This document shows, one piece after another, positions 36,542-49,402 of a stretch of DNA of 61,174 nucleotides. Each line of letters opens with the position of its first letter. Position 1 is the stretch's first letter. The notes under the pieces were generated by a model. That model ran no database searches, was not told the origin of the DNA, and saw only the letters and a program-made list of their open reading frames with translations. Source of the stretch: Octopus bimaculoides (Eukaryota). The stretch is taken from contig NC_068999.1 in NCBI RefSeq assembly GCF_001194135.2, positions 22,854,202-22,915,375 on the forward strand, read 5' to 3'. Made by a program: the position numbers and the translations under genes.

Positions 36542-37445
36542 AAAAAAGAACGAAAGAAAGAAAGAAAGAAAGAAATACCATCTTGACGTCGAATTAAAAA
36601 TAAAGGACAAGGATATAGACAGATCCCGTGACAAAATATGTGACTGTATACATACATATATACACACGCATACACATACACACGCATACACATACATACA
36701 TACATACAAAAATATCCTGTTGTTGATGTTGAAATTCCAATGAAGGAACCTTGGATCTAGGTTAGAAACCGGTCCTTTCTCTATTGGCAAGAAATCTTGA
36801 AATAAACTGAATAATGATACTATGTACTATTCTATCAATGTACAATATTCTCTAATTTTCTTGTTGAGCATTTGGTTTTCCATAATTTATAGGGTTGTTA
36901 CCTACGATAGCTTGTCTCCTCCCACTGTTTTAGATTAACATGTCATGTTATTACTTGAATAACTTACACTTCTAATTGACAATCCTGCTCAGCCTTGGCC
37001 CTGCCCACCAGGCATGACACAGTAAATTTCTGTATTAAATATAACAGTCAGTCTCCGTCTATCAGACTGATGTTTGGGCTTGTCGCTGAACAGAGCTGAA
37101 GTCAAGAAACTCCCACTGTAACATTTTCTTCAACAACAGAACAATAACTTAGCTATTGCTACCACCTACTCTCACTTGTCACTCCTTACACGAACGCTGT
37201 CTGTATTTACAACCTATAGAAGCTGCATTTAATTTTCAAATGTTACTTAACTCACTTCTAGCTATTTTATTAGATGCTTTTAATTCATCGATTCCTTTAC
37301 TACAATATTCTTAACAATTGTAATCTATTAGTAAATATATATTTAAAATTATCAATAATTTCAATACATTCACTTAAGTAATTACTATTTTATGTTTTTG
37401 TTACTGTCTTTGATTTCATCAATATTTTAACTGCTCATCATCAAT

Positions 37446-37588
37446 ATGAAGTTAGATGATTTACTTACTACCATTGGGGAATTTGGCCCCTACCAAAAGA
37501 AGATAAATTTTCTTATATGTATACCAGCAATATCTGCAGCAATCCAAGTAATAATAGTTGTCTTTATAATGGCCATTCCAAATCACAG
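37446..37588 (+). CDS. SLC22-family organic cation/anion transporter (MFS), coding exon 1
   Basis: ATG at 37446 gives MKLDDLLTTIGEFGPYQKKINFLICIPAISAAIQVIIVVFIMAIPNH(R). This is the typical SLC22 N-terminus (xxDDxLxxxGEFGxYQ) plus hydrophobic TM1. It ends at the donor AG|GTAAGA, phase 2. Confidence 0.93.
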
Positions 37589-37643
37589 GTAAGAAAAATC
37601 GATTTACAATTCCTCACTGTTTATATTTATTTATTTATTTCAG

Positions 37644-37708
<65 letters not shown>

Positions 37709-38455
37709 AAAAATTAATGTTTCAAATTTAACTCAATCTATAGTTGAAATAAAAAAAACATTTTTCTCGCATAAATATAGGTGAAATATCTCGTATTTTA
37801 AACGTATATTCTGCTTTCGTTTTTTCATTTTATGATCATTTAAAATATATATATATACCTGTTAAGTTCTGTGGCTTTATTATTTATTTCAACCAATTGT
37901 TAAATGCATAAACACGAAATCAAAAATAAACATACAATATACTTAGGGAAAGCGTAAGGTGAGGTGACTTGTATGCTCTTCAGAAGGGCCTTAACGGCAT
38001 ACATGAGGTGAATCCGTCAAAGAACCCGAAAGAAACTGACCATTCCAAGAACATAGGTTCAACACTATCTTTACATATAGACATCTGTGCATCAATATTC
38101 CATTAATTCAACGAGTATTTAGAGCAATTCGAGAGCACGATTTAATTTCGATTCTCAGTTATTCCAATGTCAAGTTACTTTACCCGAAAAGGCTTTCGCA
38201 CCACAAGGGAGGCCACTCTGTTATGTAAACTACTGTAACTTATAAATATTTCAGAAAATTTCAGAAAAAATGGTTGCAATTTAAATATCAATTAATTAAG
38301 GAATAGTATTGGTTCATAACAAAATTAACATACCGTGAGATATATTTTTTAATTAAATACATATTTGATTCATAATCTGCTACGGAGGAAAAATGATTTT
38401 AATGAAAAAATAACCCGCGTCTTATTTAGGTTTAGCCTCAAAAACTCATGATATA

Positions 38456-38527
<72 letters not shown>

Positions 38528-38536
38528 TGTGTTTAA

Positions 38537-38571
<35 letters not shown>

Positions 38572-38878
38572 CATACATATATATACATATATATATATAG
38601 ATATGTAAGTGTAGATGTATAGATGCATGTATGTATATATATATATATANNNNNNNNNNNNNNNNNNNNNNNNNNNNNNNNNNNNNNNNNNNNNNNNNNN
38701 NNNNNNNNNNNNNNNNNNNNNNNNNNNNNNNNNNNNNNNNNNNNNNNNNNNNNNNNNNNNNNNNNNNNNNNNNNNNNNNNNNNNNNNNNNNNNNNNNNNN
38801 NNNNNNNNNNNNNNNNNTGTGTGTGTGTGTGTGTGTGTTTGTGTATGAATATATATGTATATAGATAGATAGGTAGAT

Positions 38879-38920
<42 letters not shown>

Positions 38921-39420
38921 CGCACACACATGTATATATATGGATATATATATATCCATATATACACACACACACTCTCTCTTTTTCCCTCCTTCCCTCT
39001 CCCCCTCTCTCTTTCCCCTCCCCCCCTCTCTCTCTGTATATTGAAGTCAGTCTACTATTAATTTGGGACTTAAGATGACCTGTGTTGTTCATTACAAGTG
39101 CTAACTATGAGTGATACATAGCACAGTGACTTCCCTTGCAATGCGAAAGTCCGTGAGTACTGAAATAAGGCATCAACATCACATCTTCCCATTATAGCCT
39201 TCTCCTAAAATATCGGACATATTTATTTTGTGAAAAGAATAAGTAATTTTATAACTTAACAGCCTCCTTAGAACAGGATATAAATTTCTAATGTAATCAG
39301 TGAGTTGCGGTTTCGATTCATAGCTGAAACTATTCTATTTCAAATTTGTCTCTAATATATTTGATAAATGCATTAACATGTTCACGTTTGCGAATTTAGA
39401 GATTTATCGAGACGCCACTC

Positions 39421-39451
<31 letters not shown>

Positions 39452-39452
<1 letters not shown>

Positions 39453-39925
39453 CCTTTCTGCTATCGGCACAAGGCCTGGATTTTCTGGGGGAGGGGGACA
39501 GTCGATCACATCGAGACCAATACTCAACTGGAACTTATTCTATCAAGCCCGAAAGGATGAAAGGTAAAGTCGACCTCGGTGGAATTTGAACTCAGAACGT
39601 AACGACAGGCAAAATACCGCTAAGCACTTCGTCCAGCGTGCTAACGATCTTGCCAGCTCGTCGCCTTTATCCTTTGTACTATAGGCACAAGGCCTTAAAG
39701 TTTTCAGGGAGGGGTGCTAGTTGAATACATTAACTCCGCTGGTCAACTGGTACTTATCTCGACCTCGAAAGTAAGAAAAGCAGAATCGACCGCAGCGGAA
39801 TAATGATAATAATCCATTCTAATGTAGGCAAAAGGCCTGAAATTTTGTGGGAAGGATCTATTCGGTTACAACGATCCTAATGTTTAGATATTTATTTTAT
39901 CCCGGAAGGATGAAAGGCAAAGTGA
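39452..39925 (-). mobile_element. Stack of three SINE-B copies (one full, two partial) after (AAT)n, in SLC22 intron 1
   Basis: Copies at about 39452-39667, 39670-39800 and 39812-39925. Confidence 0.85.
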
Positions 39926-41324
39926 CCCAACTAAATTGCAGAAATCACAATTCTACATTATTAGTATAAGTTTTTGTGTAACATTGAGTTATCTGTTAAA
40001 CGTATCAATGAAAACAGCCGCCCTCACGTGGAGAGATTTGTTGTACTTTTTTTTTTTTCGTTGATGGGGCAATTTGGTTATTCACAATGAAACTGAAACT
40101 GTTTATTATTGTATAAGTTAACTAGTGAAATCGTGTAACAGGGTCATGAATTGTTTAGCTAATTCTGTTTAGCTAATTCTGTTTAGCTAATTATTGTTAT
40201 GTTTATCAACCAAAATACTTAGAGCTATTACACTCAATTCACGTCTGTATAGAGATAGTTATCAAATCTTTCCCTTTTAATCAGGACAAACTGGTAATTA
40301 CCAAAAATTATGGAATATTATCTTAGGTTCTAGAACAAATTTTCATGTTTAAGTTAGGTTTAAGCAACTTAACCCTTAAGCGATCCAAAATTAAGCAATG
40401 GCTTTATTTAGAACAACTTCATGTGTCTCGTAGAGTTGTTTGTGGTGTATCAAATTACTACAGATGCTTTTTATAGCAATACACAAACGTATAAAAGAAA
40501 TGGCATGTGCGTTTTATGAAGTAGCAGACGGGCATATCTTCATCTATTAAAATATCATAATGATATATGTACACTATTCGTCTAAAAATATCTTAAACAG
40601 ACTGAAAACATCGCTGGAGCGTTCTGCATATCTTATTTCCTTGTTTTTGCTAAACCTCATTTAAGCCCTGATCGAACAAAATTTTTATCAAAGATATTTC
40701 AGCCGTGACTATCTAGTATTTATCCTATGTGCAGAAAACCTAGGACCATTTTATCCAGCTTTTCCTTTTCTAAGATTGTGAGATGTGGTTAAAGGGAGAT
40801 TTGTTTGCTTTTTCCAGCAGATGCACCAACCCCATAACGACTCCATGAATTCATGTGAACGAATGTGTGTGTATGTGTGTATGTGAATGTGTATGTGAAA
40901 TTTATGGTATTAGGGTGTGTTATTAGTCAATATGTATGTGTGTTATAGGTATGTAAGGTCACATAGATAATTTTTTCTGGTGAGATAATAAATAGTGAAC
41001 ATATTCTAGGTACCGGGTTCTAAATGAACACTGACCAGTTAAAAAACACTTTGCAGTCATCCAGTCTGTTAGAAATAGCATCCAAATCTGCCTTGAATCA
41101 CACTATACATTAGCGGTATACTGAAGTGAAATAGCTTTAACCGGGAATCGAAACCGAATCATACTGAATATATTAAAACTTTGCTTCATATCCGATTATT
41201 CTGTATAATATTGGTTTCTTTTTGATAAGACAAAAGTGTCCGATATTTTAGAGGGAGAATTTAACATGAAGATGCGATGTTCACGTCTTTTGCGCTGAGA
41301 AGCAGGGCCTAATAAGAAAAAATG

Positions 41325-41522
41325 GTTTCTGATCAAAGCACAAGGTCGGTAGATTTGAGGGGAGGGGCTTTTAGTCGATACAATTGACAAGTATTTGGTT
41401 GGTACTTTAGTGTATCGACCCTGAAACTGTGAAATATAAAGTTAAACTCGGTTGCATTTGAACCTGGAATGTAAAAGAGTCGGAACTCGGTTGCATTTGA
41501 ACCTAGAATGTAAAAGAGTCGG
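41325..41522 (-). mobile_element. Diverged SINE-B partial with an internal 39-bp tandem duplication (41445-41522)
   Basis: AACTCGGTTGCATTTGAACCT(G/A)GAATGTAAAAGAGTCGG occurs twice. Confidence 0.7.
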
Positions 41523-41692
41523 AACATATGTATGTTGATTATATAAACATACATATGAATTATACAAATACACACACATACACACACACACACACACACA
41601 TAGTGGAATCAATTATATGAATATAATCACTTAGAGTCGAAACCTAATCGCGGTCTCGACTTGCTATAATGTTTGCTGAAACAAGAAATGTC

Positions 41693-42134
41693 GGTTTCAA
41701 AATTTTGGCATAAGGCCAGCAATTGTGGGGAAGGGAGCAAGTCACTTACATCGACTCTAATGTTCAACTGGTACTTATTTAATCGACCCCGAAAAGATGA
41801 AAAGCAAAGTCGACCTCGGTTTAATTTGAACTCGGAACATAGACAGACGAAATGCCACTAAACATTTTGCCCGGCGCGCTAACAATTCTGCCAGTTCGTC
41901 GTCTTAAAGAAACATTCGTTTCTACTCTAGGTCGAAGGCCCGAAATTTTTGGGGTGGGGCCAGTCGATTAGATCGATCTCAGTACGCAACTGGTACTTAA
42001 TTTATCGACCCCACCTCGAAAGGATGAAAGGCAAAGTCGACCTCGGCGGAATTTGAACTCAGAGTGTAAAGACAGAAGAAATACCGCTAAGCATTTCGCC
42101 CAGCGTGGTAACAATTCTGCTAGCTCGCTGTCTT
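41693..42134 (-). mobile_element. Two tandem SINE-B copies with different 3' tails; another partial at about 42370-42515
   Basis: 41693-41905 has the TTTGAAACC tail and 41917-42134 has the GTAGAAA tail. Confidence 0.9.
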
Positions 42135-42747
42135 AACTCAAAGAAATATTGATATATAAACTAATGAACGTTATTTGAAATATAGAATGAGCACATTATG
42201 TAGATAATTTTGCTTGGGACACCTTCAGCAAGCGGAAATTGTCATGGTTAGAATGTTTTTGACCGTAGTTCTGTTCAGTCAGGGTTGAACTACAGAGAGT
42301 CAACAACATTAACAATGATTCTGCTAATCCTTTTGAAACGATCTGCATTCTGATATGGTTCAGCTATTTAAAGATTAACACTGAAATTTGTGGAGGTTGG
42401 GGAGAAACAGTTGATTATGTTGACCCAGGACTTGACTGGTATTTCACTTTATTAACTGCGGAAGGTTAAAAGGCAAAGTTGACTTTGGCGAGATTTGAAC
42501 TTCGAACATGAAGAACCGTTAATATTGGGTTGTTAAGTAAATTCGTTTTTCTTTTTTTTCTCTGGGCATTCCATTGTCATATGTGTGAAATGAAATAAAA
42601 TAAAATAATTTTTCATATTAATTCAAGTAACATTGGAAAGAATTAAAAGGAATAATAATTAAAAAAGAAAAACGCATTTTTCTGACAACCCAACAAAAAT
42701 AGATATCACTAAACGATTCTGTCCTTTACATTCCTTCTCTGTTGTTT

Positions 42748-43117
42748 GGTTGGCACTCCGTCGGTTACGACGACGAGGGTTCCAGTTGATCCAATCAACG
42801 GAACAGCCTGCTCGTGAAATTAACGTGCAAGTGGCTGAGCACTCCACAGACACGTGTACCCTTAACATTATTCTCGGGGAGATTCAGCGTGACACAGAGT
42901 GAAAAGCTGGCCCTTTGAAATACAGGTACAACAGAAACCGGAAGAAAGAGTTATGGTGAAAAAGTGCAGCAGAGTTCGCCACCATCTCTGCCGGAACCAT
43001 GTGGAACTTTAGGTGTTTTCGCTCAATACGCACTCACAACGCCCGGTCTGGGAATCGAAACCGCGATCCTACGACCGCGAGTCCGCTGCCCTAACCACTG
43101 GGCCATTGCGCCTCCAC
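42748..43117 (-). mobile_element. SINE-C, full length
   Basis: Homologous to 10311-10695. TSD TCTCTGTTGTTT at 42736-42747 and 43118-43129. Confidence 0.92.
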
Positions 43118-43381
43118 TCTCTGTTGTTTAAATAAGTATAAAATAGTGTTGTAGTTGCCGATCTGATGTCTGCTACGAAATACGATAAAAATATGGATAA
43201 GTTTTTCCCGCTTACTTTCATTGACATAGCCTTGAAATATGTATCACTCTAAAACTGTTCATTGCGATTAAACACTTGGCTTCAATGAATATTTTCACTT
43301 GTATCCTTCCCACAGTAATAAGTCTTTTTTCCCAATTCCAGCCACCCAGGTATCTATTCACGTTGTTACTCGCACCCACAC

Positions 43382-43421
<40 letters not shown>

Positions 43422-44184
43422 TCGTTCGCTCACTGATTTTCTCTTTCTTTCTCTTTCTTACAAACCTTATTTCTTAGTAGTTACAAAAATCTAAAATAGA
43501 ACAAAATGCTAGGCATGCTGACGTTTGATTTACTCTGTCAAATCATGGATTTCGTTGTTGTTGGTGTTGAAGTTATTGAGCCCTAGTTGTGTCCCGATCA
43601 ACCAGTCTTATAGTGAAATGTATTTCAACTGTGACCATTCCAGCCATATTAGTGGTGGTGGTGGTGGTAATAGTGGTTGTTGCTTAGCGATCATTCAGAC
43701 CTATGATATAAAGTATTCCATTCTGTACCCGTCATATTATATCATTCAAAGTATCCTCAGTTGTTTTTTTTTTAATAGAAGAGTGTGACTTGAGGGAGAT
43801 TTGGCTACTATCTCATACAAATAAAGTGACTACGTAGAGAACTCTTTATTGGCACATCACGGATTAGGTTGATGTATAGCTATGATTAGCTATGATTGGC
43901 AGAGACACAGTCTAAAATTAACAAATAGAAATCAAGAGCAGATATCTATTTATAGTGAAATTTAATTTCAGATAAACAAGTTTGGAGTTGTAAATAAAGA
44001 AAGAAAACGCATATGCTGTACATTGCAATATTAAGACATTTTAACGCCAAGAAAAAAGTTTTAAGCTCAAACTATAAAACATACTCATATTTATATCGAT
44101 TATTAATCATTCATTTTTATTGATAGCAGTTGATGTGCTCATTTTCTTGATAGCATTCATGTGCTCATGATTACTTATAGTTGA

Positions 44185-44367
44185 AATATTCTTTTCTACT
44201 CTAGTCACAAGGCCCGAAATTTTGGGGGAGGGGCCCGTCGCTTAGATCGACCCCAGTACGCAACTGGTACTTAATTTATCGACTTCGAAAGGATGAAAGG
44301 CAAAGTCGACCTCGGCGGAATTTGAACTTATGCTCTGAGTTCAGTGCCTAGAGTAGAAAAGAATATT
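44185..44367. mobile_element. Fold-back SINE-B with 3' ends at both termini
   Basis: AATATTCTTTTCTACTCTAG (44185-44204) is the perfect reverse complement of CTAGAGTAGAAAAGAATATT (44348-44367). Confidence 0.88.
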
Positions 44368-44380
44368 AACTATGCTGGTG

Positions 44381-44436
<56 letters not shown>

Positions 44437-44580
44437 GTACATTAATCGACAGAAGTTAAAGAGTGACTCAAGGGCCGAAAGTTTTGTATATTGGCACTTG
44501 TCAAACTTTGATAAATGCCAATGCACGAAACTCGGATTCTGAGTCACTTTTGCCGTTTAATGATATATATATATATAATC

Positions 44581-44765
44581 ATTTGCTTGTTTCAGTCATT
44601 TGACTGCGGCCGTACTGGAGCACCGCCTTTAGTCGAACAAATTGATCCAAAGACTTATTCTATCGGTCTCTTTGCTGAACCGCTAGGTTATGGGAACGTA
44701 AACACACCAACATCGGTTGTCAAGCGATGGTGGAGGACAAGCACAGACACACACACAGATATATA
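44581..44765 (-). mobile_element. SINE-A 3' half; a diverged SINE-B lies on the minus strand at about 44975-45130
   Basis: Matches the consensus. Confidence 0.82.
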
Positions 44766-45899
44766 TATATTCATGTTTATATCGATTGTTTATATATATA
44801 TGTTTATGTTTTCACAGTTCTATATGTTTGCAATCGTAGTTTCCTAATTATATTACCACACACACATACACACACATATGCGAGAGAAGCTATATTAGAA
44901 AGATAGAGAGAGAAAGAGGGAGGGAAGGAGGGAGGGATAGAGAAGGGCGGGGTGAATGAGTGTGAGAAGAATCCACCCAGATACTTGACTGGGGCCCTAA
45001 TTATCCGGCTTGAATGAATGAAAGATCAAGTTGACCTCGATGTGATTTGAGCTGAGATTTGATCTGGGATTTGAGCTGAACGCACGGTGGGCAGGAACGA
45101 ATGTCGCAAAGCATTCTACCCGACGTTCTAACCATTTTGCCGATGGACTGCCTTGTGTAGATGTATTGAGGGGAAACGGGTTTTGAGAAGTAGGTCAGGA
45201 GAAAAAGCAGTACTCATGTTCCATTACAGGGTCTCCGAGATTGCTGGGAGGAAGGTATCCTTAAACCAGAAACCAGATCCGAATGCTTGCAACAACGTAA
45301 ACACTGCTTAAGGAACCCAAAGTGCCAGGCGATGGTATTAAACTTGACGACGTCTACCACCTAGGTAGGCTAGGGCAGGATTTGAATTCACAACCCAAAA
45401 GCCGGAATAAATAAGCAAGGTTTATGTTAAGGTTGTACGCAGGAGTTGGGTTCGTGAATTACGGAGAGATCCACCAGAAATGAGAAACGTGAGCATAGGC
45501 ATCTTAGAGTTCTGGGATATTGTAAGCCACCATGGGTAAAATACATCACTAAGTATTTTAAAGTCCGGTTTATGTCGCAGAATATTCAATAACGGTATAT
45601 GATCATTATTTTGTATCACTTCCACTACCTTTCTGTTTGCTCTTTCTTCAAAACGTCTTCTAGCATCAAGATGCCATATCCTTAAATATTTTCCGGGATT
45701 TAAGTCCCTTAGTACTGCTACTGCCGTGAGCTTTTATGGATGACATTGCCCCTTTAGAGAAAACAAATAGAGAAGCAAACATTTTCTATTCACAGTTGCA
45801 TGCGTTATTCCGGCAATGTCAGTTATATTCCAAAGCCAAAAAATAATTGGTCTGAACATAATTCGGGACCAATTTAAACATTTCCACTTTAAAATTGGT

Positions 45900-46800
45900 G
45901 GGGGCTAGTTCATGATCAGGAAGTAGGCAATTAAGAGCCCTACCTTACTACGCAGTGACTACAATGATACCATGAAGACTACTGAGATGGAGGCTAGGCT
46001 GAAATAGGTGCTAGCAGCCATTGATAACTGTGGTTTAGCGAGAAGATTTAAGTGTGGTATTGTCAACATGACCTTTTGCTGATGCTTTTATGGCCACTCA
46101 GAGCGCGCGAAACGACAGAGTGGGCAGAATAGAAATGAGGTTTCGCATGTCCTCGAGAGTATCTTGGTCTGCTACTGGTTTTTACGGGAACTGGAATGTA
46201 CAGTGCCACTGCAAATCTCCAGATTCCTTTTAAATTTGTTGATGGATGAGTGTAAAGTAGGAAAATTTTGCTGCCACACGATGCTATAGAACTCGATGGA
46301 TCCCATTGTTTGTGCGCCTCAGCTAGTAGTGTTAGCGCAAAAGAAATGGAATATGAGAGAAATTGTCGGGGTGATAGAGACTATCCTAGAGATGAAAGAT
46401 GGTAAAGGTGTAGTACAAAAGATATCGATCAGAATGGGGCGTATATAGAACAATTAGTTATTCGACCAGAATAACAAAGCCAGTCTCTGAAATTGTGTCT
46501 GAAATAGTTGGATTGTTACAGCCGCACCAGATTTGATGTGGTGGCTACATGAATAACGGAAGGGAAAGCGTGCTACAACTTGAGTCAAAAGAACGTGCAT
46601 CACAGCTACTTGGTACTACAAGATGGAGTGACGTGTAGGAAAGTGTAGATAGGGTTGTGATCTAGAATCCGACAGATTATAAAGGGAGTGGACCACTGTG
46701 CAAGCTGTATGTAAAATATAAAACATTGGTAAATGTGGACTGAACAACTTAATAGAGTTGTTGAAAGAGAAACAGTTTGAAGTCACTCACGTTCCGGTGA
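45900..46800 (-). mobile_element. Possible ancient CR1-like LINE remnant
   Basis: Only weak motif echoes (for example H.IWCG, compared with YCSHIWGG) in a GC-richer block. The frame is heavily disrupted. Confidence 0.25.
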
Positions 46801-47789
46801 CATACATAAATTCATGCTATTTAAGCTTCACGTTCTATTGTAACCAAACTTGTTTCTACAGCCGTTAGCAACTGCTCAAAAGTGCAGAAACTGTCTTCCC
46901 TTTAGATCTCGTACATTTTTTGTAGGCTCTGATAATTAACCAATTATTTAAACAAAAATGTTCTGCTATATCTTGTATAACATTACCCACAAAGGTAAAA
47001 AAAAAAAGAATTCTCAGAAATACTGCTATTATCTAAATATTTTAGAAACACAATCGTTCGCTTAATTTTTCCTTGGGCTATATACTCAGCAATTCAAGAC
47101 ACAGTTCAGACAACCTCATTAAACTATCAACAAACCCAAATTAATTGCGAACACTGACATTTAATACTCCGCCCCCTCTTATGCACTAGATCTTCAAGCA
47201 ATACAGCTCACTCTTCCAAACTATTCCCAAATAGTCTTTTAAGATTGCTTACAGTTTGGGAAGATGATACAGCACATCTTATACTGAAATTATGATAAAT
47301 TTTTAACAATTGGCAATCAAGGGCACGTCTCAGCGTATGCAATTCACTCCTCTTGATTTTGCAGAGATTTATGTTATAAGGAATATAAAACTTAAAACAA
47401 AATATAAAAAACTGTATCAACTACACTAAAATGAAGCCCGTAAGTAGCTCAGTGTCAAATAGTTACATCAAGAAATCATCTAAAAATCATTATGCAACCC
47501 TTGATTTTAGTCCTAACATTAGGAGTTTTAACAAATTCTCTTTTACGTACTGCATTGAAAATCCATCGCTTTGTATTCAACTTTGAAGTTCGTCATATAT
47601 AGATTTTTCTTTTGCGCCAATTTTTAAATCTTTTTCAGTCAATGATACAGGGTGGGAATGTTTACCAACTGCTGCTCTCATGCAAACAACTAAAATACCT
47701 TTGTCTTTTATAGTAGTAGATTCATTAATCATAATTGACATTTTAGATTGTTAGAAATTATATTTTTTAACTGTGGTTTTTCGGATTCT

Positions 47790-48345
47790 GTTTACTATGT
47801 GGTCTGCTATGTCTGCATATGACTAACGAGTGATAAAGTTATTTTTCCCTCCTGACCAATGTCGTGAGATATATTTGAGTAAGGCCTACTTTTGTGTAAA
47901 ATGATATATACAGTTCTAAAAGCTCGACCTATTTTTGCTTCATTATTTTCCAGTGACGTATACATTGTATCTTCGATAAGATGTCTTTTCAGTTGCTCCA
48001 TTGTCTTCTCATCTTTTGTACTTAAAAATCCTAGTTCTTCAACTAATTAGACTGGTTTGCTATATCGTGTCCCAATTCACTCATACATCTACATTAACGC
48101 TGCATGACTCGTAACAAATGAACTTCTTGTGTCCATCCAATTTCAAGGTTCATACAATACAACCTAGTTTTTCTATTTGTTAACCACTAGCAAGTGATAC
48201 TCTATTTTTTTGTTTCTTTTTATTCAAGTGCATTTCTATCCACCAATGGGAAGTTCGGTATTTCTTTTGAAATGTCATCACTTACATCAGGAGACAGATA
48301 ATTATCTTCAAGTAATATATCCCTCTTCACTGGCCGCGCATATTC
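47790..48345 (-). mobile_element. Probable hAT-type transposase relic
   Basis: WLTNRKTRLYC (zinc-finger-like) and KIGRAFRTVYIILHKSRPYS, resembling the FRTAYxxAKxxRPxxD motif of hAT/ZNF862-like transposases. Contains stops and frameshifts. Confidence 0.4.
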
Positions 48346-49045
48346 AGGGGGAAAAACACGTTTTAATACACTTTAACTTTTAATACAGACCCAACTTCAC
48401 ATATAGGACCTGGAGGAAGTATATGTTATGGCAATTTTGATTTTAAAATAAAATGCACAGGCATGGCTCTGTGGTTAAGAAGCTTGCAACCACTTCATAC
48501 CATTTATATTTTTATGATCGATTTCTAGCGTGCTTCAATTCTCAAAATGGTTTGCTTCTTATAGGGAGACCATAGTGGGCAGTAATATTCAAACCGAGAC
48601 TTGGCAAACGCAGAGAAGAGAAAGATGACGATGTCAAGATCTCTAGACTGGAAAGTTCTTAGGATCCATAAGCACAATCTTCGGATCATATTGACTTTAT
48701 TATTGATGTGTGCACTTTAGCTTTAGTTGTTGTCTACAGTTACATCGAAATCTCTGATATTACTTGACTATAAGAAACTCTCCCGAGCGTTGAGAATATG
48801 GCTGTTTAAGCATATTTTCTTTTCCTAAGTCGATGAGCTCGATTTTTTCCTCGTTTAAGAATTTTTTTCTTTCATTACAGCGTATATAGTGTGAAACGGT
48901 GTTCGGTTCGGTCACCTACTCCTCTGATAGATTTCTGGAGCTTAACGCCATCGGCAGACTTTTATTTCATGATATTTCCAATGTTATGTATGTAAATAAT
49001 AAACAGAATGCAGTTCAACACAGCACTTTGAGAACACCACTAATA

Positions 49046-49086
<41 letters not shown>

Positions 49087-49155
49087 ACGGTATGATTTAT
49101 ATACCTATCATTATATTTATGAAACATTTCATGGTTGTACTTTCATCAATTTCAG

Positions 49156-49402
49156 ATGCCGTATTCCGAATCTATCCAACGACACCTATGGTATTCAGAA
49201 TGATTTTCACCAATCTCTGATAAATAGGACGATACCATTTACCGTAGTGGACGGTATGAATGTGATAGACAAATGTCGCATTTACTCTCCATCCCAGAAT
49301 ATTTCGTACGATGAATACAATCGCCCGATAAATGCCAGCTCAATGAAATGTCAGAGCTGGGTTTATGACAAGTCAGTTTTTGAGAGCACCCTGGTGACTG
49401 AG
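49156..49402 (+). CDS. SLC22-family transporter, coding exon 2 (large extracellular loop)
   Basis: Acceptor tttcatcaatttcag|A and donor GAG|gtataa. The phase matches exon 1 (AG+A = Arg). Translation: (R)CRIPNLSNDTYGIQNDFHQSLINRTIPFTVVDGMNVIDKCRIYSPSQNISYDEYNRPINASSMKCQSWVYDKSVFESTLVTE, containing the SLC22 HRC and C..WVYDxSxFxSTxVTE motifs. Confidence 0.95.

Noticed and set aside
37040-37070. TATAA plus TCAGT as a core promoter for SLC22
   Set aside because: The spacing is wrong for TATA-Inr and such motifs are common in AT-rich DNA.
40152-40192. 14-bp unit TGTTTAGCTAATTC repeated three times (and a degenerate 30-bp triple at about 33169-33250)
   Set aside because: Ordinary slippage duplications with no further structure.
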